From IMG/VR virus record IMGVR_UViG_3300015370_000016, positions 1-63,165 of that record: 63,165 nucleotides of DNA. One strand, given 5' to 3'. The DNA is from a virus. Lineage: Duplodnaviria > Caudoviricetes. This document shows positions 56,529-63,165 of the stretch, piece after piece (within the stretch, counting starts at the first letter, position 1; the number at the start of each line of letters is the position of its first letter). The notes below the pieces were generated by a model. It saw nothing but the letters and a program-made list of their open reading frames with translations, had not been told where the DNA came from and did no database searches. Position numbers and translations under genes: made by a program.

Positions 56529-57602
56529 TTATACATCATTTTTCAAAAGAAAGTCAGGATTAATAACCTTAAAACTAATATTGTTTTCATAATTTCTCAT
56601 TACCAGTCCTTCTCTTAGTGTGTCTAACAATACACTCTTTCCTTTTGCGTAATTAACCATTTCTTGCATAGTTGGAAGTAAAGAAAAATCTTCTTCTAAA
56701 ATGGGAACAAATTTAATACCAACTTCGTCTAAGATTTCTTTTGCCATTGCACCGTAAAAATTTTTTCCATCAACAATTAAATTGAACGCATATAAATCAT
56801 ATCCTCTAATTTGATATTTATTTCCTTGAATTCCTTGTCCTAAAATTTCTCCTTGAAGAACTATGGTTTTATCAAATGGAATTTGTAATAATTTTTCTTT
56901 TAACCCTGCATATTTGGCAACCGTCCAATAAGAACTGTTATTTGGTTTATTCAATCTTAAATTTCTACTGCAAACTCCAAATTCTATATTGTTGCGAGAA
57001 AAAAATTTCTTATTTCTTACAAGAAAAACAGTTAAAGATTGTCCATCAACTTTTTCTGTAACAATAAATTTTAGATCTTTCCAATGATAATAATAATTTG
57101 GAAATAATTGAATTCTATCTTCATCTGTTTTTTTAATCCAATTAGGAAATCCTTCCCTTTTCTTTGGGAACAATTTTCTATACCATTTTTGTTTATTCAA
57201 CCATCTTTCTAATTTACTTTTCTTAATATTTCTTTCTCGTTCTTCCTGTTCAGCTTGCGGATCATGTTTTGTAACATTTAATATTTTAGTTACATCATCT
57301 CCCTCTTTCCATTTTTTTTCTGGAAGAATAGACAAAGGCATTACTAATCCTTGACTAATTTGTTTTCTTAATTTAATAGTTTTTACTTTAAATTTTCTAT
57401 CTTTCATAAATTCAAAGATAGGCAAATTTGGAAGAATTGAATCAATTTCAAAATAAACTACCAAATCTCCAACATTAAAATTATCTTTTTTAGCAACAAC
57501 GCATTGCCAACCTAAAACTGTAGCAACTTCAATTCTATCTGCACCTTCAATGGGAGAAATTTCTAATATTTTTTGAACACTTGCTAATTTTCTATCTGTC
57601 AT
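56529..57602 (-). CDS. RNA ligase, DRB0094/Rnl5-like family
   Basis: RKLASV..I..I.PI.GADRIE, KTDE.RIQ, TEKVDG, QGE, EG.V, SFKVI. Confidence 0.9.
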   Translation of the reverse strand: MTDRKLASVQKILEISPIEGADRIEVATVLGWQCVVAKKDNFNVGDLVVYFEIDSILPNLPIFEFMKDRKFKVKTIKLRKQISQGLVMPLSILPEKKWKEGDDVTKILNVTKHDPQAEQEERERNIKKSKLERWLNKQKWYRKLFPKKREGFPNWIKKTDEDRIQLFPNYYYHWKDLKFIVTEKVDGQSLTVFLVRNKKFFSRNNIEFGVCSRNLRLNKPNNSSYWTVAKYAGLKEKLLQIPFDKTIVLQGEILGQGIQGNKYQIRGYDLYAFNLIVDGKNFYGAMAKEILDEVGIKFVPILEEDFSLLPTMQEMVNYAKGKSVLLDTLREGLVMRNYENNISFKVINPDFLLKNDV

Positions 57603-57622
57603 ATTGATTTTCCTTTCTGTTA

Positions 57623-57853
57623 TCAATACAATAAAATTTCCGTTTTATCAGGTAATGAATTTTCAATTTCAATATTACTAATTGAGGCATTCCATCTTAC
57701 AGTCTCTCCATCATCATCTTGAAACTCTTGAGGAAGTCCCATAATACAATCTCCTCTCCATTCTAACCTAATTAATTGTAAATATTCAATCAACTGATCG
57801 ATTGTCATTTCGCTGTTATCATCATCTTTTTTATCATAAAATATAATTCTCAT
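57623..57853 (-). CDS. Hypothetical protein
   Basis: ATGA-coupled ORF. Confidence 0.55.
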   Translation of the reverse strand: MRIIFYDKKDDDNSEMTIDQLIEYLQLIRLEWRGDCIMGLPQEFQDDDGETVRWNASISNIEIENSLPDKTEILLY

Positions 57854-58146
57854 TGTTCTTGCCTTTCTTCAGTATAAACAACATCTACAGGAAAAATTTC
57901 ATAATTTTCTTGTAGGTTTTTTGCTACTTTTTTAAATTGTTGTTTAACAGAATCTTCATTCAAATAAACATAAAAACCAGGAACATCTTTACTACCAACA
58001 GCTTGTTTAGTTTTCTTATCTCTAATAATGAATCCTTGATAGCGAATTCTTGGGATTAAAGAATTTTTTAAAATTGCTACTTTAAGTTCTTGTAGTTCTC
58101 TCATTAGTTGTTTGTTTGTATTATTCCGAAATGGATTGAATTTCAT
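57850..58146 (-). CDS. Hypothetical protein
   Basis: AGAAAGGA RBS. Confidence 0.6.
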   Translation of the reverse strand: MKFNPFRNNTNKQLMRELQELKVAILKNSLIPRIRYQGFIIRDKKTKQAVGSKDVPGFYVYLNEDSVKQQFKKVAKNLQENYEIFPVDVVYTEERQEQ

Positions 58147-58166
58147 TTTTTCTATTTTCCTTTCTG

Positions 58167-58952
58167 TTATCTCATTATATTTTGTTCAATTTTAAAATTT
58201 GATAAATCTGATTCTCTAATTGTAAAAACAATATTTCCATTTTTACCAGTATGCAATCTCCATTTATCTTTATCAAAAGAAGGAAGATAACCCATATTCC
58301 ATAATTGGTTAAGAGATTCAATTTCAACAGGATGTTTAATATTAAAAAATGATTCTAAATATCCAATTACAGCATTTAACATAGAATCCCACGTCTTATT
58401 ACTACTTCCTTTGACAGCAAATATCAAATGCCAAATCTCTATAAACAAAGAACGTCTTAAATGATCATAAATTGAATCCTTTACTGGACTTCCCACTTGA
58501 TCTATTAAACGATGATCAACATTTCTTCTTACTGAATTTTGTGAAGAACTCCAATGTTTCAACAACATAATGACATCATCATCAATGTATCTTTTATTTT
58601 CAGATAAATCAGTTAAAGGATTTACTATGTCTTTTATAATCAAAGGTTCAATAACTTTACTAAAATCTAAATTTCTAACCCAGTCTTCAGCTTGAATTCT
58701 ATCATCAACATCAGAATTAATTTTATCAATTTCAAAAAATTTTGTCAATGGGTTATATTCATACTTATTACAAACATCTTCATTGAGATAATAATAACTA
58801 CAAATTGAAGAATGGGAATCATGTGTATAACTATCGGGAGTCAGGCGTCCATTTCCCAAATCTTTTTTTCTATATTCCCAATCAAAATAAAATCGTTTAC
58901 CGCTGTTATTACCTGTTCCTGGTTCTGTTACAAAGCTAAAAAATTGACACAT
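58167..58952 (-). CDS. Hypothetical phage protein
   Basis: MCQFFS...DSHS.I...NKYEYNPL...LW..G..PSFD. Confidence 0.7.
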   Translation of the reverse strand: MCQFFSFVTEPGTGNNSGKRFYFDWEYRKKDLGNGRLTPDSYTHDSHSSICSYYYLNEDVCNKYEYNPLTKFFEIDKINSDVDDRIQAEDWVRNLDFSKVIEPLIIKDIVNPLTDLSENKRYIDDDVIMLLKHWSSSQNSVRRNVDHRLIDQVGSPVKDSIYDHLRRSLFIEIWHLIFAVKGSSNKTWDSMLNAVIGYLESFFNIKHPVEIESLNQLWNMGYLPSFDKDKWRLHTGKNGNIVFTIRESDLSNFKIEQNIMR

Positions 58953-59081
58953 TCTATTTTACCTTTCTGTTATTTTACTTTTTCTTCATTCCACTAATTA
59001 TCATTCCAAACAACATCAATAAAAACGCTCCAAGCACACTTGTCATAAATTATAATCTCCTTTTCTAATAAAAAATACATT

Positions 59082-59624
59082 TTATTTGTTTTCTCTTAAA
59101 AAAACTATTTTTGGTCTTAGATTTTTTGTATCCCATACTCTTTTACCACTCCAACTATCAGTTCCTTTTCCTTCAATTCTTTTACATGTAAAACCTTTTG
59201 TTATTCCAATTTCAATCCATCCATCTCTTTTATATATTTCACCTGTTCTTGGAAGTTCTACAAGAGATTCAAAAAACAAAACATTATCTCCATATTTATT
59301 TTTCCAATCGTTTGATATTTTTTTTCTAAATTCAGATAGAACAAATTGAGCAAAATTTCTTTTAGGATATTCATTATTTATTTTTTCAACATGATAAAAA
59401 ATATTATTTACAATGTTATTTAAATTAGTGTCTCCAACATATTTTTCTCTATTTGGAAGATGTAAAGTAGCTGAACCACCTACAATTGATCCATAATATT
59501 TGTTATCCCATAAAATAGCATAACAAATATTTCTTCCCACAAATCCTTTAGGTTGACTATAGTGATTTTTCATATTTTCCAAAATTCTACTGTCTGTTCT
59601 TTTAATTTTTTCTAATAATAACAT
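59082..59624 (-). CDS. Mom-like / DUF4338-like putative DNA-modification protein
   Basis: HYS, GR..CY, G.IY...GW...G.TKG pattern. Confidence 0.5.
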   Translation of the reverse strand: MLLLEKIKRTDSRILENMKNHYSQPKGFVGRNICYAILWDNKYYGSIVGGSATLHLPNREKYVGDTNLNNIVNNIFYHVEKINNEYPKRNFAQFVLSEFRKKISNDWKNKYGDNVLFFESLVELPRTGEIYKRDGWIEIGITKGFTCKRIEGKGTDSWSGKRVWDTKNLRPKIVFLRENK

Positions 59625-59806
59625 TGTTTTTTCCTAATAAAATGTCTATTTTATTTTGTTATTTATTTTGTTATTGCTGTTATTTTTAAATTCTTCTTTT
59701 GTTTTTTTAATCATTCTTTGATATGTCCACAATCCAGGTCTTTCTTTTTTTATTCTATCTTTCATAAAGAAACGTACATAAATATTTGGATGTTCTTCAA
59801 GTTTCA

Positions 59807-60034
59807 TTATTTCAATTCACCAGTTATTATATCATAATTTTCGATATTCATTACATATCGATTTTTTCTAACAGGATAAGAATAATCAGGAATCATCAAC
59901 AAATAACCTTCTTTTATAGCCTTTCTAAGCAATTTTCTATCCTTAAGTGTTATTTGTCCTATATCTGTTATACCCTCGTTAAAAGCCATTAAAACAATCT
60001 TTGGTTGGGTTTCTATGGTTAGATTTTTAGTCAT
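59807..60034 (-). CDS. Hypothetical protein
   Basis: GAGG RBS. Confidence 0.55.
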   Translation of the reverse strand: MTKNLTIETQPKIVLMAFNEGITDIGQITLKDRKLLRKAIKEGYLLMIPDYSYPVRKNRYVMNIENYDIITGELK

Positions 60035-60105
60035 ACTTATTTCCTCATTCTAATAAAATTTATCTTTTATTATTTGTTTCCAATAAAAATATCATTTTAT
60101 TGTAT

Positions 60106-60414
60106 TTAAAATTCCTTGAATGTATCATCAACAAATCCAATTTCCAATAATTTAACTTTCATTTCTTCTTTAGTTAAACTCTTGTTATTGTTTTCAGCAA
60201 GCACTTTCAAAAAATCTTGTCCACATTGATATAAAGCCAACCAGGAATCTTCAAAAGCCTCAAGCTTAGGAATTAGATTACTACAATGTAAATCATACCA
60301 CTTAATACTAAAATCTGCTTGAATTTCTGTTTCTGCATTCCAATATTCAATCCATAGTTCATTCCTAGAAGGGGATTCTTTCCATCTTAGTTCAGCATCC
60401 ACAAAACTCCACAT
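60106..60414 (-). CDS. Hypothetical protein
   Basis: AGAAAGGA RBS. Confidence 0.6.
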   Translation of the reverse strand: MWSFVDAELRWKESPSRNELWIEYWNAETEIQADFSIKWYDLHCSNLIPKLEAFEDSWLALYQCGQDFLKVLAENNNKSLTKEEMKVKLLEIGFVDDTFKEF

Positions 60415-60458
60415 GTTATTTATCCTTTCTGTTGTTTTCTAATTATACAATAAAACTT

Positions 60459-60878
60459 TTATTTTATTAGGTCTTCTTGTTCATATGTAAAAACGCCATT
60501 TTCATCAAAATTATCTGATATTTCAAACCCTTCAGGACTTCCTAATAATTCTAATTCTTTAAAAAGTTTTTCATAATCAAGAGTCTGAATATTCATTCTC
60601 AGTGGACATTTACTCCACTTATCAAAACAATCAATATTGTCTGCTGTGATATGACCATTCAGACTTCTGTAACTTTGTTTATTAGGCGTACAAAACCCTC
60701 CATTAATTCCCATTCCTGTAAATCTCCAAAATACAAAATCTATTTTATTGGTATTTCTTATCGATTTTTTTAAAATTTTATATTCATAAACGATTTTCTT
60801 TTCTACTTTATATCCACGTTGTTTTAATTCTTTCGCTAATTTTTTATAATTTCCAGGATGTCTTTTTCTGTTATTCAT
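60459..60878 (-). CDS. Hypothetical protein
   Basis: Packed ORF. Confidence 0.6.
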   Translation of the reverse strand: MNNRKRHPGNYKKLAKELKQRGYKVEKKIVYEYKILKKSIRNTNKIDFVFWRFTGMGINGGFCTPNKQSYRSLNGHITADNIDCFDKWSKCPLRMNIQTLDYEKLFKELELLGSPEGFEISDNFDENGVFTYEQEDLIK

Positions 60879-60884
60879 TTTTTA

Positions 60885-61190
60885 TTATCCTTCCTGTACA
60901 ATATCATAATCAGTAAATCTTGGTTCAAAAAAGTCTTTTAATTTTCCTGTTTTTCTATCCATATGATTCATTATTCCAAAGATGTCATGATAGAAATTCG
61001 AGTCATCAGCATATAGCCAATCTTCTAATCTTAATTTATCATTTTCATAATGGGTTGCTTGAATATCCATTATTAAATCAATGTGAGAAAATTTTGGATA
61101 AATTGATTGTACTTTTTCAATGGCACGTTTAGTAATTTTTCCTATTAATAATTCATCTTCTAATGGTAAATCCCAATTAATTTTTGTCAT
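60885..61190 (-). CDS. Hypothetical phage protein
   Basis: MD..ATH...LRL...L.ADD.NF.HD..GI..H..R.TGKL...F.PRF. Confidence 0.7.
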   Translation of the reverse strand: MTKINWDLPLEDELLIGKITKRAIEKVQSIYPKFSHIDLIMDIQATHYENDKLRLEDWLYADDSNFYHDIFGIMNHMDRKTGKLKDFFEPRFTDYDIVQEG

Positions 61191-61238
61191 TTTTATAATC
61201 CTTTCTGTTATATCAATTATAATAAAATAAACTTTTTA

Positions 61239-61664
61239 TTAGTATTCTAAATCTTCACCGTTTTCATTTTCATAAGAAGTATCTATTTCAATATCTCCAA
61301 AATGAAATTTTCCATTTTCTTCCCATACCTGGAATGATCTTTTAAAATTATGTTTCACTCCACCATTCATACTATCACCATCACAACATTCCATTGACAT
61401 AATTCCAATTAATCCAGCATCCACACCATACTCATTACCCTTGTTGTCGTAATATTCACCATCACCATATTTTGTTTTATAAGCAAAGCATAATTGATCA
61501 TTATATTTAAATAATCCACTTTGCCAATTGGAAGGAAATTTTTCTAATTCTAAACCAAAACAACCTGTACTATCAATCAAATCGCTCCAATTTTCATCTT
61601 TTACTGCATAGCAAGGATCACCGATCCAATAATCACCAGGCTTTAAAAAATGTTTTTCAGTCAT
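61239..61664 (-). CDS. Hypothetical phage protein
   Basis: G.Y.IGDPCY, T.YGDG.Y, VDAG.IG; start MTEK after GAGGAGG. Confidence 0.7.
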   Translation of the reverse strand: MTEKHFLKPGDYWIGDPCYAVKDENWSDLIDSTGCFGLELEKFPSNWQSGLFKYNDQLCFAYKTKYGDGEYYDNKGNEYGVDAGLIGIMSMECCDGDSMNGGVKHNFKRSFQVWEENGKFHFGDIEIDTSYENENGEDLEY

Positions 61665-61665
61665 T

Positions 61666-62052
61666 TTATTCCTCCTCATTATAAAATTTGTTATTATCTA
61701 AAATTTCTTGATTGATTTCATTAATGGCATTTAGAATATCACCTTCTGTTTTTATTTCTACACCATATTCGCCTAATTCATATAAATCTGTTTGACCACC
61801 TTCTAAGTTATCCCAATCAATAACGGTAAAATCAGTGTTCTCAGAAGTTGACCAAATATCCTGTACTAAACCACCATTTACATCAATTAAAACTTGTTCT
61901 TTTTTTCTATTGATTGTTATTTCAACATTGGTATTACATCCAAATAAAATATCCATTCTGTTATTTAATTTATTCCAATCTGTTATGATTATTCCTGATC
62001 CAATTAAACTTCTCAATAAATCACTTACTTTAGTTTTCGGATTACTTGTCAT
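61666..62052 (-). CDS. Hypothetical protein
   Basis: V.GGLVQ...V.DWD; RBS. Confidence 0.6.
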   Translation of the reverse strand: MTSNPKTKVSDLLRSLIGSGIIITDWNKLNNRMDILFGCNTNVEITINRKKEQVLIDVNGGLVQDIWSTSENTDFTVIDWDNLEGGQTDLYELGEYGVEIKTEGDILNAINEINQEILDNNKFYNEEE

Positions 62053-62070
62053 TTTTATTTTTCCTTTCTG

Positions 62071-62334
62071 TTAGTTATAAAAATTAGCACAATTTTGATG
62101 ATCAAAGAGTATAATCAAAGTGTTATCTTCTGATTTATATTCCCATCCAACAAGTTCAAGATTGCTGTCGATAAGTTCATTAACAAAATGATAGTTATTC
62201 ATAGAAAAATAAAATTCAATATTTTTCATTATATAAAGATCAGAAATTTTATCTTCAATGGTACTAAAATTTATTATTGTTTGTTTATCGTTCATATATT
62301 TTATTGGCGTATATCTCAAGTTGATTACAGTCAT
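62071..62334 (-). CDS. Hypothetical protein
   Basis: AAAGGAG RBS. Confidence 0.55.
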   Translation of the reverse strand: MTVINLRYTPIKYMNDKQTIINFSTIEDKISDLYIMKNIEFYFSMNNYHFVNELIDSNLELVGWEYKSEDNTLIILFDHQNCANFYN

Positions 62335-62406
62335 TATTTTGTTATCTCCTTTATTATTGATTATAGCGACTAATTTTCAAATTACAATAGGCAATTTTCT
62401 ATTTAA

Positions 62407-62622
62407 TTAATTCCAATATTTTAATGCTTGAATTTCATTTATTTTAATTATAGTTATTGATTCTTCCATTTCATCAGCTATCCATAAAAATCCTTCTTTA
62501 TCTTTTGTAAAAAGATTTATAAAATTATTGAAAGCATCAGAAGTTATTCTTCTTTCTATTTGAATTCCACCTTTCATATAAAAAATACATTTAATTCTCT
62601 TTTCATTTTTGTTATTCATCAT
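62407..62622 (-). CDS. Hypothetical protein
   Basis: AGAAAGGA RBS. Confidence 0.55.
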   Translation of the reverse strand: MMNNKNEKRIKCIFYMKGGIQIERRITSDAFNNFINLFTKDKEGFLWIADEMEESITIIKINEIQALKYWN

Positions 62623-62662
62623 ATATCCTTTCTAATAAAATAGATTTTTTATTGGTTGACTG

Positions 62663-63165
62663 TTATTCAATAATTTCATAATTTCTTTTTTCTTCCTGGA
62701 AAATATTCTTAAGGATATCGTCCCTTCCTTCCTGTGAAATAAAGTTTAATTTATATCCATCAATAATGAAACAAATTGTCTTTACAGTAAAACTTCCTTT
62801 TCTATAAAGATAATTATTTAAATTTCTTAATGTTTTTTGTTTGTCTAATTTTGTAGTGTCAATTACTCTTGAATGTTTTACTGTCATTTCATAATTTTCA
62901 TCAATGGATATTTCAACCATTTCATTCTTATCATGCAATTTAAGGGATTCTAACAGTTGTTTTACTGGTATAATGGCATAAAACGCATCATGACCATTGA
63001 AAATCTTTGAATTAGCTGTTAAATAGGTTTTAAAATTTTTGTTATCCTTATCATCAACGAATAATCCATCAGTTTTATATAAACAAATTCTTTTGTTGGT
63101 TTCTTCCAATGGACTGTACTCAAATAATAAATAATTTTTTACTGAATCCTGTCTACCATGAGACT
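62663..63165 (-). CDS. Hypothetical protein, 5'-truncated by the window edge
   Basis: Frame stays open beyond the TTG at 63109 to the window end. Confidence 0.6.
   Translation of the reverse strand, partial: SHGRQDSVKNYLLFEYSPLEETNKRICLYKTDGLFVDDKDNKNFKTYLTANSKIFNGHDAFYAIIPVKQLLESLKLHDKNEMVEISIDENYEMTVKHSRVIDTTKLDKQKTLRNLNNYLYRKGSFTVKTICFIIDGYKLNFISQEGRDDILKNIFQEEKRNYEIIE

Noticed and set aside
46795-62653. CRISPR array interpretation of the repeated palindromes
   Set aside because: Spacing is gene-sized and irregular, the repeat centre varies, and no cas genes are present.

Overview
About 63 kb of an AT-rich, large tailed-phage genome with SPbeta-like replication synteny. The first ~4.4 kb (+ strand) is the end of the virion/lysis module: tail and baseplate proteins, two paralogous SGS-rich tail-fibre-like proteins and a GH25 endolysin. 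The rest is on the - strand. It covers nucleotide metabolism (NrdJ, MazG-like, GMPR/IMPDH, 5'-nucleotidase, and a dNMP kinase with an in-frame TAG that the ORF track misses). The replication block has RecD2, a family-B polymerase with a DnaE-like C-terminus, RecJ, primase, DnaB-like helicase and an intein-split AAA ATPase. Further right are a heptose/glycosyltransferase locus, a tyrosine recombinase, an orphan TnpB, five DNA methyltransferases plus a Mom-like gene, an RNA-repair set and many short hypothetical genes. Most notable unexplained structure: (1) at least 25 copies of ATAAAA-N6-TTTTAT, mostly at gene boundaries, a possible recombinase-driven cassette array; (2) a perfect 15-bp inverted repeat enclosing an outward-facing promoter for the glycosylation locus, a possible invertible switch; (3) a programmed -1 frameshift signal joining a membrane anchor to a 3D domain; (4) two ORF-free structured regions that may be ncRNAs; (5) an HNH-AP2::glycosyltransferase fusion and an intein in a small protein of unknown function. 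All product calls come from motif recognition by eye; no database searches were run.
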